Source: Ginglymostoma cirratum
Lineage: Eukaryota
Reading direction: 5' to 3'
Assembly (NCBI GenBank): GCA_024137785.1
Contig: JAHRHZ010000009.1
Span: 6,063,990 to 6,127,989 of the forward strand
DNA length: 64,000 bases
The number at the start of each line of letters is the position of its first letter. Position 1 is the stretch's first letter. A model generated the notes under the pieces. That model did not search any database, had not been told where the DNA came from, and saw only the letters and a list, made by a program, of their open reading frames with translations. A program made the position numbers and the translations under genes. Below are positions 52,690-64,000 of this stretch, in pieces.

Positions 52690-53105
52690 AAAGACTAAAC
52701 AGGTTTTGATTCTACTCACTGGAGTTTAGAGGAATGAAGGGGATCTCATTGAAACATATAGGAATCTTAAGGGGTTCAACCAGGTAAGCACTGAGAGGAT
52801 GTTTCCCCGCCTGGGAGAATCTAGAACCAGAAGGCAGAATAAAGGGGCACCAATTTAAGACTGAGATAAGGAAGAATTTCTTCTCTCAGAGGATTGAGAG
52901 TCTTTGGAATGTGGGGGCCGAGCCCTTGTATATATTTATGGCTGTGGTCAATAAATCCTTGATTGGTCAGGGAATCAAGGCTTATGGGAAAGGGCAGGAA
53001 AGTGAATGTGAGAAATGTCGAATCAGCCATGATCCCATTGAGTGGCAGAGCAGGCTCAAAGGGCTGAGCGGCCTTCTTTTGTTCCTGCTTTTCGTGGTCT
53101 TATTC
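52690..53105 (+). mobile_element. CR1-type LINE 3' end
   Basis: ctactcactggagtttagaggaatgaagggg...aagaatttcttctctcagagg...cagccatgatcccattgagtggcagagcaggctc. Confidence 0.85.
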
Positions 53106-53296
53106 TTGTGCTGTTATGGTATTAAGCCATGGTGGTGAGGTTTAGCACCCATTGCCTTTCCTGGCAATAGTCAATAGACTAAGTGCAGTCAACTTAGTTA
53201 ACTTGTGAGACATGGGCTAACAAATCAGAAAATTTGCTGCCTGTTTGTATACATTGATGTGTTTTATAACAATACAATTCTGAAATCAGATGCAAT

Positions 53297-54002
53297 GGGC
53301 AGAATCTTCCATTATTTATTCAAAGTATAGTGATCAGTGTAAAAATAAGTGGGATATCCACCACCAGAATCCACCAGACCATGTGTCTGTCACGCATGTA
53401 CATGGTCATCTGATGGGCTTTCTATGAGGTTGTCTTCCCAGGACAATGATGTGCCGTCTCTCCTGGGCCACTCACAGGCTCACCGCCAGTGTGAAATGCA
53501 GAGTACTGGGGACGAAGTCATGGCTGCTCATGGAGCAGTGACCCAGAAGTCCAGGGGCAACAGGCAGAGCTAGTTTTGGGGATGGGGATGGGAGAACTGA
53601 TAAGGCTCACATGGAGAGGGGGGTTTCAGAGGGGTTAGCTTTTAGCTACCAGCTTCCTGACCTACTGTTGCCTCCAATTGTTCCGAGATTGGTGTAGATC
53701 AAGATCCTCCCTTACCAAACCTAAAGGATGGGTCACTTAATTGTACCAACCAGGAAGACTGCCAGTGTTCTTGCATGCTGGGAATAAAGTTAATCAGAGT
53801 GGTAGCACAAAGACGCCCTTAAGTGGTTATTAATTGTCCACTTAAGAGTCTCGATTGATAGCAAGGCATTAAAGCCTTTGCACTCAGAACTTCGTTCTTG
53901 TGATACACAGAGATGCCAGTGACCTCCCCAGTGCCAACCACTGTATGATCTTCCTCTTCTGACACTTTCTGTACTGCTTTTTGGAATGGGAAGATTCGGC
54001 CC
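53297..54002. mobile_element. Non-autonomous TIR element (probably Harbinger-type)
   Basis: 14-bp inverted ends gggcagaatcttcc (53297-53310) / ggaagattcggccc (53989-54002), 1 mismatch, around a GC-richer interior. No clean TSD. Confidence 0.55.
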
Positions 54003-54100
54003 GGTATCTTTCCTCACGTTTACCCTTTTGAAAATGTAAGCACGTGGTTATTGTTATCGTGTCTTGCTTTACCAAAAGCTCAAATTTAGAAGGAAAATGA

Positions 54101-54370
<270 letters not shown>

Positions 54371-55004
54371 GCTGCTGAAGAAGTCCCGTTTTTGAAATGA
54401 AGTGCAACCCAAAGGTTAATAATTATTGGCTATGAATTTTCATACATGATTATTGTTGGAGTGAATTTTCAAGAAGAGATGCAATTTAAAGTGCCTTTAT
54501 TAAAAACTATTCATTAAAGCACCTCGGTCAATGACCACATATTTTCTGCAGATGTACTGTTTGTAGAGTTTGGTTTAAAAATTGAAATACTCCAAACCCA
54601 ATTAAATTGTGTAAAGCTAAATGTGGTTAGGCCAAAAGTAGAATTACTTAAATGATCCTGTTTACTTAGAACATTGTACAGACATTTGAAATCGTGCAAT
54701 AAAGCATGCAGCAACATGTATGTATGTGTGCTTAGATCCTTATTTGTACAGATAATATGATCAATCGGTGGTGTATATGTAACTCTAAGATTAAAAAGGC
54801 CAATGAATACCATAGAACTAGATGACTAGGACTGTTAAATGCTTTTTGTTATTAAATTTCTAAAATCTTCATTTTCCAGTTATTAAAGAATGTTATGCAT
54901 TGTCGTGTGTTGGTCTTCAATTAAATTCAACTTTCTCCGCTATATGCAGCTTAAATATTCACAAGAAAAAAAAAATCAACACTTGGTTGTTTTTGGGAAA
55001 TAAA
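54371..55004 (+). promoter_or_regulatory. Putative CNMD 3' UTR with candidate polyadenylation signals
   Basis: Repeat-free AT-rich tract after the stop codon. AATAAA at 54698-54703 and 54999-55004, plus several ATTAAA (e.g. 54499-54504). The site actually used cannot be determined from sequence. Confidence 0.5.
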
Positions 55005-55202
55005 TCAAAATGTAAACTTTTTCCCTTTGACTGTTGGTGACAGAAAGTTTTTATTGAAGTGTGCATTGATGGTGAGCTTCATTTTCTCTGGGGTGCTCAG
55101 CTCTTGACATCAGCTGCATTTGCTTTAGATTAATAAAACAAAAATGATCAGGGCTTCCATAAAGGAAAAAAGGGACATCTGGAGGTATAATAGACTGTCT
55201 TT

Positions 55203-55739
55203 TGAAATAACTCCACAGAGGCTGGTATCTCATCAGTAAGTCACCCTTTATTTACATGAGGAGAGTCCATGATACTGATTCAGCTTCCTCAGAGCCAGCT
55301 TTCAGAGTGAGCAGATTTTTTGACACTCCTGTTCTCTTTGTCTTTCCACCCCAACGCTACCACTGCCCAACAGTAGTGCTTACATTTCTCCATAATACCC
55401 GTGGTTGTGTGTGTAAAGTGACTTAGTAAAAAGACACCTTTATTCAATATTTTCACCACCAGGAAAAACACCCATGTGGACAGTGAACCATTAACAAGCA
55501 AAGCCTGATAAAATGAAAATACATAATCCTTAAACTCGTAATTGGGAGTATGGGGATTGAACCGGTGTCCTTGATGTTATTAGCACCACACTTTAACCAT
55601 CTGAGCCAACCAACCAGCATACAAATATACTTGATCTTATCTGTCAGCCAGGGCTCTCTGATTGGACCAGATTAGCAGCCCAAATCAGGGAACTCATATT
55701 CTATGAGTTCCGCATGACTAACTTGTTACAATCACTACA
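55203..55739 (-). mobile_element. Solo LTR (family of 7500-7723) interrupted by a ~300-bp insertion
   Basis: Reverse complement starts tgtagtgattg and ends atttca; shares catgtaaataaagggtgactt with the 7500 copy. Confidence 0.68.
55546..55615 (-). pseudogene. tRNA-Ile(AAU)-derived sequence (SINE head or tRNA pseudogene)
   Basis: - strand tggttggctcagatggttaaagtgtggtgctAATaacatcaaggacaccggttcaatccccatact aligns with vertebrate tRNA-Ile GGTTAGCTCAGTTGGTTAGAGCGTGGTGCTAATAACGCCAAGGTCGCGGGTTCGATCCCCGTAC. CpG-type decay is visible and the acceptor stem is broken. Confidence 0.7.
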
Positions 55740-56760
55740 GCCTTAAACCTAGTGCTGAAAGGATGTTAATGATGATGGTAGAACTGTGGGAACAAGTTAT
55801 TCGCCAATAACTTACTCAGGCACATGAATGATTAGTCCTCACTGTGGAGTGAAGTATCTGAGTCATAACTGTAAAATAGTCCCAAAGCTAAAACAGAAGT
55901 GTATATTTGAAACCAAAACATTTTGTAATAGATTGTAACATCTCAGCTACTTAAAAGTGCAAGATCAAAAACAATTATTGGCTCCTTCATTGCTCTACTT
56001 CATTCTGTTGAACAGGCAGAAGGAGAAAAAAGATGAACAAATAACTGATAAAAGGAATAACATAATAGGTGTTTAACAAAACCCTAGGCTGGAATTTTAA
56101 CCTTTGCTAGGGACTGGAATGGAAGTAAGTGGACACAGAAGTTTGCACTATCAGCCTACATGCCAGTTCTTTGGGTCCTTCATACCTTGGGTCCATTGTC
56201 CAAGAGGTGAGATGGATGGGACAGCTAGAATACCCCCAGCAAATGACAGGTAGCCAAATGATCCTTTAAATGATTTTAAAGTTTCGTATTCCAAGGTTAT
56301 TTCAGAGGAGCCACCCAGTGATTCAAAAGACTGGACAACTCCATAAAATGCCTAGGATCAACACATAGCTTGTTCCCGTTCCTTCTCCTACAAAAATGGG
56401 AAATGCATTCCAGGGCAAGAATTACAATTTTTGGCTACTTTTTGGCATGACAGTTCAGCTTTTCATCCAGGCAAGATTCTGAACCTAGGATTTTCCAGTT
56501 GGCCTTTCCAGTTCCTAGGGCACAGCAAAAGACAGCTTAGCTTCCTCAAAGCAGCCATTCAGCAGCAGGACAAAGGTGAGGGTCTAGTTCTAGGCAGCAG
56601 CTGACAAAGGTTAGTTACACTGGGGCATTGACCATACTCCACCCAGCCCACAATCTAACAGGCATGTGCACCCATAAAAATCACAATGATCTAGAGCCTA
56701 CCAATATAGTCAATTAGCGTGAGCAGCAAGCATTGCTGTTGCAATTGTATGGACCATTTT

Positions 56761-57055
56761 CATAGAATCCCTACAGTGTAGAAGCAGGCCATTCAGTCCA
56801 TCACGTCCATACTAACTCTCCGAAGATCATCCCACCCAGACCCTATCCCTGCCTTTCCCATGGCTCATCTACCTAGCCTGCACATCCCTGGACACTGTGG
56901 CCAATCCACCTAACCGGCACATCTTGGAACTGTGGGAGGAAACTGGAGCACCTGGAAGAAACCCGCACAGGCACAAGCAGAATATGCAGATTCCACACAG
57001 ACACCTGTGGGTGGAATTGGACCTGAATCCCTGGTGCTGTGAGCCACTGTGCTTC
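56761..57055 (-). mobile_element. HE1-type SINE
   Basis: catagaatccctacagtgtagaagcaggccattcag...ggaggaaactggagcacctggaagaaacccgcac is the reverse complement of the family at 17471. Confidence 0.85.
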
Positions 57056-58734
57056 CCCTTTGATTTGGGCATCTGCTCTGCTACTAATGAAACCCTAAGC
57101 CAAAATTTTCTTGATGAAATTTAAGTAATGACTACAAATAATAACTGTATTAACTAATATGTGTGATATAACTAATATATAAACAATATCAACAATTTAA
57201 AGCTAATGTACTGACCATAACATGGGGCAACTAGTATTTATACATTTGTCTATTCTGAGTGGCAGTCAGAAGCTTTCTGTTCCCTGACAACTTGCTGTAC
57301 AAGACCTTCAATTCTTCTGCTTATATTAATGTAGGTTTGGGGCTCTGTTTTTGTATTGCCAGTTGGAGAAATGAGAGAAACAGGCAATCAACTTGGAGAA
57401 AATACTTTCTGTATGATCATTGCAGGAAAGGATGGAGAATCGTGAAGGGCTGGTTCTCTTCATGTCTGTGATTTTTATTTTCATGGGCTTTGCTGAAAGT
57501 TTTCAGGCACCTCTCCTCACTGGTGTAACAGTGATTCATCTCAAGGGAGAATATAACACTTTCCACAATGCCAATTTCTTCACACAGCCCATCCATGTCA
57601 ATGTCTTTAAAATTACACACTTGAATACCACTGCAAAACTTTTCAAAGGGCACAGCATTTGCAAGGCTAATTTGAACATTCAGCTGTGAAAACTGTTTTC
57701 AGGCAATTCATATCTGTCACTCAAGTACTTCATGAATTTTGTGAAAAGTCAAAAAGCCTCACTCACATCTTCCTGACATATTTGGTATTAATTTTTAGTC
57801 TGTCATTTATTGTGAGACAAAATAACGTATTCTGTATCAAGTCCCCAATCATGTCGCTTATAAAACGCCACAATTTATTTAGTATCTTTAAATAGTTATA
57901 TATCACAAGGTGTTTCGCAGGATCATTATTGAGTTTGACACTGAACCATTGAAAGAAGATATCAGGTTTGATGAGAAAAGCTTAATTGAAGTGGTAGGTT
58001 TTTAGAACTCTCTGAAAGAAAAGGTGAGAAAGGTAGAGAGGCAGGAAGGTGCAAAATCTAGAACTTGGAGTGCATGCTAAGGATGCTGAATGACTTTGCC
58101 TCCAAACCTTAAATATAGTCCAGAGTGTTGCTGAGAGAAGTAAAGTTCAGGCACTCGATTGGCAAATCATGTTTCCCCAAAATGCTTCTCTTGTGTGTTG
58201 GTACACTGTTCTCACCTACAATCTGAAAGTAGCTCGTCACAGGTATTCAGCATTTTGTAAATCTGACCGTAGCTAACATAAAGGAAGCCACCTGATCCCA
58301 TAGTGTCTTAATGGAATGTATTCCCCCTCTTTAATTAAGTCTGAGTATTCCTTCAATTGCTGTGTTTCTGGCATGTACCTTGAGTTTTTTTTTACGTCTA
58401 ACAAATTATCTTGTTGCATTTGCAAAATATGAGTCAAACAATTGCCTGCGGCCTATGATATGTTGAACAATTTCAGTTTTTGGTAAACTCTTGTGTTTTC
58501 CCATAATTAACACTCATGTTGTCGGCTGAATATTTGGAAAGTTGCTCTGGGTAGGGTTCAAAGGCACAGAGGTTGGATAATATTTTTACTCTAATTACAT
58601 TTGAGGTTGCCTAGTTATCACTGTGGAAATCCAACAGCAAATGCTGGAAGACTTTCTCATGTATTAAGAGCCATAGAAAAATAATAACTTGTTTAATATA
58701 ATTTAAGCATTTCTGTGCAAAATATAAACATAAG

Positions 58735-59200
58735 TCTGTAAAATGTAGGAGCAGAAGTAGGCCATTTAGCCAAATGAGTCTTCTCTGCCATTCAATGAGA
58801 TTATGACTGACCTGAAAATCCCTCATTTCAATTACCTGCCATTTCATCATATCATTGATTCCCTTACTGATTAAAAATCTGTCTATCTCAACCTCAACAG
58901 TATGCTAGCTTATGATCCATGCACGAGGACTCACAAAGCTACAGATTTCTTCACTTTTTTTTCATTTGAATCAGATCCAGCTTCTTTATTCCTCCTGCCA
59001 AAGTACTCACGTTTTCTCAAATTATTTTCCATATGCCAAATTTTTGCCCATTCACATAATCTGTCTATAACCATCTGCAGACTCTTTGTGTCATTCTTAC
59101 CATTGGTCTTCCTATGTATTTTTGTGTCAAGTGCAAACTTGGTGATAGTACATTTGCTTCAATCATCCATTTAATGAACATATATCGGAAATAATTGTGT
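58735..59200 (-). mobile_element. CR1-type LINE fragments (3' tail plus RT piece)
   Basis: taggagcagaagtaggccatttagcc tail; tttgtgtcaagtgcaaactt is the reverse of KFALDTK. Confidence 0.7.
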
Positions 59201-59429
59201 TTCACTTCCTTGTTAGCTATCCCTAGATAACTCCCCCATTCACAGATTTCAAATAATGCGTGTTGTCTTGCAAATTTAGTAAAGATTTGAGTTCACTTTA
59301 ACAGGTTCCCTGAATTGATCACAGTGTTGCAGTCTTATTAAATTCTTCCCACCTCGACTCACAGCTCAGCGCTGTCACAGCTTCAGTTGTCTCCCTACTT
59401 TCTTCTTCCCTTATCTAATCAGGCATCAA

Positions 59430-60050
59430 CTTAGCTACCAGAAACGACAACATCAAACCAAGCTGGTCAACCATGCAAAGTCCTCCTTACTAACATCTGG
59501 AGGTCTCAGGCCAAAATTGGGAGAGCTGTACTACAAACTAGTCAACAACAGCCTGACATAATCATAATTAGGGAATCATGTCTTACAGACAACATCCCAG
59601 ACAATATCATCACCATCCCTGTCACACCAGCAGGGCAGACCCACCAGAAACGGAAGCACAGTCATACACATTCTGGAGGGAGTTATAGGAGTCCTCATCC
59701 TTGTTCCCAACCCTGTGAAGTGCCATGGCATTGGGTCAAACATGAAGCCTCCTGATGCCTACGACCATCTGCATCCACCCCTTCAGTTGATGAAGTAGTA
59801 CTCCTTTATGTTGAACACCACTTGATGGACACACTGAGAATGGAAAGGGCACAGAATGTACTCCAAGCTGAAGATTTCAATCCATCATCAAGACTGGCTT
59901 GGCAGCACCAAGAATGATAATGAGTCGAGTGTTAACGGTCATGGCTGCTAGGCCAGGTCTGTAGCAGATGGTGAGCGAGCAAGAGGAGAAAACCTCCCTT
60001 ACCTTGCACTCAGCAATCTACCTGTTGCTGATGTGTCTGTCCATGAAGAT
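59430..60050 (+). mobile_element. LINE apurinic-endonuclease-domain remnant
   Basis: cttactaacatctggaggtctc...cagcctgacataatcataattagggaatcatgtctt (N--GL...PDII---ES-L-like) and later gatttcaat (DFN). Confidence 0.55.
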
Positions 60051-60266
60051 ACAGTTCATTGTAGGGATGAATTATTATCTTTACATTGATGTAATACATT
60101 GTACCATGTATTAGTCACACTGTGTTAAAATAGACAGACTTCAAACACATCTAGAAAGTGAAAACTGAGATAACAAGCATGGGGCTGGATGAACACAGCA
60201 GGTCAAGCAGCATCATAGGAGCAGGAAAACTTGACGTTTCGGGCCTAAACCCTTCTGATGAAGGGT

Positions 60267-60666
60267 NNNNNNNNNNNNNNNNNNNNNNNNNNNNNNNNNN
60301 NNNNNNNNNNNNNNNNNNNNNNNNNNNNNNNNNNNNNNNNNNNNNNNNNNNNNNNNNNNNNNNNNNNNNNNNNNNNNNNNNNNNNNNNNNNNNNNNNNNN
60401 NNNNNNNNNNNNNNNNNNNNNNNNNNNNNNNNNNNNNNNNNNNNNNNNNNNNNNNNNNNNNNNNNNNNNNNNNNNNNNNNNNNNNNNNNNNNNNNNNNNN
60501 NNNNNNNNNNNNNNNNNNNNNNNNNNNNNNNNNNNNNNNNNNNNNNNNNNNNNNNNNNNNNNNNNNNNNNNNNNNNNNNNNNNNNNNNNNNNNNNNNNNN
60601 NNNNNNNNNNNNNNNNNNNNNNNNNNNNNNNNNNNNNNNNNNNNNNNNNNNNNNNNNNNNNNNNNN
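60267..60666. other. Assembly gap (400 N)
   Basis: Run of N. Confidence 1.
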
Positions 60667-60715
60667 TGGGGCTGGATGAACACAGCAGGTCAAGCAGCAT
60701 CATAGGAGCAGGAAA

Positions 60716-60751
60716 ACTTGACGTTTCGGGCCTAAACCCTTCATCAGAAAT
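60716..60751 (-). ncRNA. Minimal type I hammerhead ribozyme motif (family A), core intact
   Basis: - strand reads AUUU CUGAUGA A GGGU-UUAG-GCCC GAAA C GUC AAGU; stem I AUUU/AAGU. Activity is untested. Confidence 0.6.
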
Positions 60752-60999
60752 GGGGGAGGGGAAGAGGGTTCTGAAATAAATAGGGAGAGAGGGGGAGGCG
60801 GATAGAGGAGAGGATAGGTGGAGAGGAGGCAGACAAGTCGAAGAGGCGGGGATGGAGCCAGTAAAGGTGAGTGTAGGTAGGGAGAAATTGTTCCCATGTA
60901 AACAGATCAAAAATAGAAGGCACAGACATAAAGGGATTTGCGAATGATGCAAGGGTGATACCAAGTTTCAACCAAAAAACTGAGAATGTCATTAGCATC

Positions 61000-61905
61000 T
61001 TTTTAAAAATCTGCTCATGGGATGTAGCTGTTGCTAGTTGAGCCAGCACTTATTATCCAACATTTACTTGCTGTTGAAAAGCTTGTGGTAAGCTGTCTTC
61101 CTGAATCACTGCTGTCTGTTGGCTATCTGTTGATCCATATGTCATTAGGGGAGGTGATCCAGGAATTTTGACTCAATATGACTGAAGGAACGGTAATATC
61201 TTTCCGAGTGGATGGGAGGGAACTTTCAGGTGGTGATGTTTCCATGTATCTACTGCTCTTGGCTTTCTGGAATGGACATAGATTTGGAAGGAGTTCTACT
61301 AGAGTCTTGGTGGATTTCTGCAGTGCATCTTGTAGGTGGAACACAGTTCTGCTGCTGAATGTTGATGACAGAGAGAGTAAATGTTTGTGGACCTGGACAA
61401 CATTCAGACATGGGTTGATAAAGTGCAAATAACATTCATACCCCACAAATGCCAGGCACTGGCCACCCCCAACAAAAGAGAATGTAACCACTGCTCAGAG
61501 GCATTGTCAAAAACAAATCCCTCATTGTCAATGTCCTGACCATTTACCAGAAACTGAACTTGACTAGCCCTATAAATACTGTGTCCACAAGAGCAGGTCA
61601 GGGGCTAGGAAATCCGTGGGAAATCACCTCCTGTCTTCTCAATGCCTGTCTATTGTCCACAAGGTGCAAGTCATAAAATGTATTGGGGTACCCTTTAATA
61701 GCCGAGATGACTGCTGTTCCAACAGCACACAAGAAGCTTGAATCCATCCAAAACAAAGCAGCTCTTTGAATTGGCACCCCACTCACCACGTTAAACATTC
61801 ACTCGTTCGTCACTGATGCACATTGACAGCAATGTATGTTAACTGTGAGAAGCACTGCTGTAACTCTCCTTCCAAGCATCTGACATTTACCATCGGGAAG
61901 GACTT
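61000..61905. mobile_element. L2-like LINE fragments in both orientations
   Basis: 61000-61390 matches 37290-37680. 61400-61900 is a + strand RT C-terminal tract (taacattcataccccacaaatgccaggca...aaagcagctctttgaattggcacccc). Confidence 0.7.
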
Positions 61906-61914
61906 GTGGCCAGG

Positions 61915-62185
61915 GCCTGGAGACTAATGTTCTGTGCTCATGTCCAACAGCAGCTGGCCAAATTTAATCAGATTAACCAATCTACAGATGTGGAATTGAA
62001 AGCTGGTCCCACTAATAATGACCATGAAGCCATTGGTGATCATTCTAACAAGAAAGTCTATTTCATCAATGTCCTTTAACTACAGACCCAAAGCAATGAC
62101 TCTTAACTGCCACTCAGTCCAAGAGCCAATAGGGATGGGCAACAAATGATGGTCTTATCGATGAGGCTCAAATCTCAAGAAAATA
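61915..62185 (+). mobile_element. Decayed tRNA-derived SINE (18885 family)
   Basis: gactcttaactgcc...agggatgggcaacaaatg tail. Confidence 0.6.
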
Positions 62186-62960
62186 ACAATGGAAAGAAGA
62201 TATTTGCAGTGAGACTGCTCCCTAGCTACTCATTGACCAAATCACAAATGCTTGATTATTTCCACATATTAGGGTTCTCCAACTTTTATTAAACCCTGGT
62301 GGCAACCCACAGAAAATTTCTGCCTCCTGCTGTATAATTTTTAATCAACCTGTTCTGACAGGTTATCAAATATGCCCTGAAATGTTGCTATGCAAGATTT
62401 GAGCACAGACCTTCTGGACCCAAGGGTAGCAACTCCACCAATGTGCCACAAGACTCTCTGTATCATTATAAAGAACTGCAAGTGAAGCGTTCCACTTTAT
62501 TGAGCTCACAAGGTTTGGTAATAGGGAGTTTAATGATTAAACTGCTAGAATGTGTACTATCAAATTAACAAGTCGGTATCCGCAGACAGCTCACAGCAAT
62601 TCTTTTTGAAGTGACTCCAAAGTCTAAGAAGAGTAAATAAGTGAAGCCTGGTGAAAAATCTTTATCAAGCATTTGTTACTGATTTCAGTGACAGGAATGT
62701 TCATGGATGTATGAACAGATGGGAAGTGTTGAATTGCAAATCACATTATTTCTCGTGAAATGTGCAGGACATCAGGCATGATTAACTGTGAATTTAAGGT
62801 TAACAAGGTACAGAGTTTGGATTTTCTATATCTGAATGTTAAGATTCAATAGGATGTTCCCATGGTTGGTTAGGTAAAATATTTATTTTCTCTTATTTAT
62901 CAACATACATAATAGGCCCATAACATTCAACAACATGCCTGCCCAGCATTACTGTGGGAT

Positions 62961-63150
62961 AAAAACAAAAATTGCTGGAGGAGCTAAGTGGGTCTGACAG
63001 CACCTCTGGGGTGAAAGGTTAACTTTGTGGATCCTGTTATCCTTCTTCAGAACTCTGTTTTCTCTCCACTGATGCTGCCAGACCCACTGAATTTCTCCAG
63101 AAATTCGTTTTTGGTTCTGATTTCCATCATCTGCAGTTCCATGGCATTTT
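62961..63150. mobile_element. Diverged Penelope-like family B inverted-pair element
   Basis: ctggaggagctaagtgggtctgacagca is complementary to tgctgccagacccactgaatttctccag. Confidence 0.6.
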
Positions 63151-63528
63151 GTTCACTGTAGGGACAATTGTCTTATGATCTATTCAGAAATGGAAACCAG
63201 ATTTCTTTTCTCAATTAGGCCCCTAAAATGAACGACAACAAGGCAGAGAGTAGTAACACAGTGAAAATGGAATTTTGCACTGACACGTGCAGTGCTTCTT
63301 GTATTTCAATTGTTCAAAATCAGTGAATGTTCAATTTATCTTAGCTATTAACAAAAGTAATATTAATTCCACCTTTTCCTGTTCCCAGGGGACATGTTGT
63401 TCATGTAGCTTACGGGTGACCACATAGAATGAGGAAACTAAGTTATTTTTATCATTGGCCATGCAAACAGAATCTCCTGAGCTAAAATGAAATCAATAGC
63501 AGGAAAATGTTTTCACTGAACCTAAAGT

Positions 63529-63566
63529 AATTTCTGATGAAGGGTCCAGGCCCGAAACGTCAAGTT
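63529..63566 (+). ncRNA. Minimal type I hammerhead ribozyme motif (family A), core intact
   Basis: AAUUU CUGAUGA(63534-40) A GGGU-CCAG-GCCC GAAA(63554-57) C GUC(63559-61) AAGUU; stem I has 5 bp including one G-U. Activity is untested. Confidence 0.6.
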
Positions 63567-63627
63567 TTCCTGCTCCTATGATGCTGCTTGGCCTGCTGTG
63601 TTCATCCAGCCCCACACCTTGTTATCT
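63532..63627 (+). mobile_element. Single-arm Penelope-like family A insertion with 10-bp TSD
   Basis: TSD ctaaagtaat at 63522-63531 and 63628-63637; body nearly identical to 19996-20074. Confidence 0.8.
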
Positions 63628-63714
63628 CTAAAGTAATCCAATGTTCTTTCATGATAAATATTTTCAATACTATATTAATCTGCTTAAAGATATTTAAGTT
63701 GAAGTTAGAGACAT

Positions 63715-63838
63715 TTGGTCAGAGTCATACCTGTCACATAGGAAGGAGGTTGTGGTTGTTGGAGGTCAGTCAACTCAGCTCGAGGACATCTCTACAAGAG
63801 TTCCTCAGGGTAGTGTCCTAGATCCACTCAGCTTCGGC
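63715..63838 (+). mobile_element. CR1 RT fragment (VPQGSVL region)
   Basis: gagttcctcagggtagtgtcctagatcca. Confidence 0.7.
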
Positions 63839-63842
63839 AATT

Positions 63843-64000
63843 AAAAACCAAAAGAATTGCTGTAAATCAGAAACAAAAACAGTGGTTGCTGGAAATGCAC
63901 AGCAGGTCTGACAGCATCTGTGAAGGGAAATCAGAGTTAACATTTCAGGTCCAGTGACCCCTCCTCTCAGCAAGGGTTATCGGACCCAAAACGTTAACTT
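63843..64000. mobile_element. Penelope-like family B inverted-pair element, cut by the window end
   Basis: aaaaccaaaagaattgctgtaaatcagaaacaaaaacag...gttaacatttcaggtccagtgaccc, then inverted gggttatcggacccaaaacgttaac. Confidence 0.7.

Larger units (their letters stand above)
60168..60886. mobile_element. Young Penelope-like family A cluster (inverted plus tandem repeats) spanning a gap, with purine-rich body sequence at 60752-60886
   Basis: Two identical copies of tggggctggatgaacacagcaggtcaagcagcatcataggagcaggaaaacttgacgtttcgggcctaaacccttc (60180-60255, 60667-60742). The first turns into an inverted arm (tgatgaagggt) before the gap. Confidence 0.75.

Noticed and set aside
55546-55615. Functional tRNA-Ile gene
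   Set aside because: Acceptor stem does not pair, multiple substitutions, and it is embedded in an insertion within an LTR.

Overview
Vertebrate genomic DNA, AT-rich and dense in repeats. The HE1-type SINEs and CR1/L2 LINE families point to a cartilaginous fish (shark). The only protein-coding gene I can support is chondromodulin (CNMD/LECT1) on the + strand. Five coding exons, equivalent to human exons 3-7, lie at 13233-13373, 13786-13899, 25483-25636, 26464-26708 and 54146-54370. They have canonical AG/GT ends, compatible phases, and splice to 292 aa plus stop. The first two exons were not found and probably lie upstream of the window. The rest is intronic or intergenic: decayed CR1/L2 LINEs (some nested), tRNA-derived SINEs, a Gypsy relic, two solo LTRs, Harbinger-like relics and two 400-N assembly gaps. 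Three things stand out. (1) About a dozen short, often palindromic Penelope-like insertions carry minimal hammerhead-ribozyme cores, and several have ~14-bp target-site duplications. (2) An ~870-bp near-perfect fold-back sits in the last CNMD intron, with 270-bp arms (268/270 identical) and a perfect 59-bp outer pair. (3) The N-terminal segment of mature chondromodulin is expanded, strongly acidic and Tyr-rich. Repeat boundaries are approximate unless TSDs are given. Family names come from my recognition of the sequence, not from database searches.
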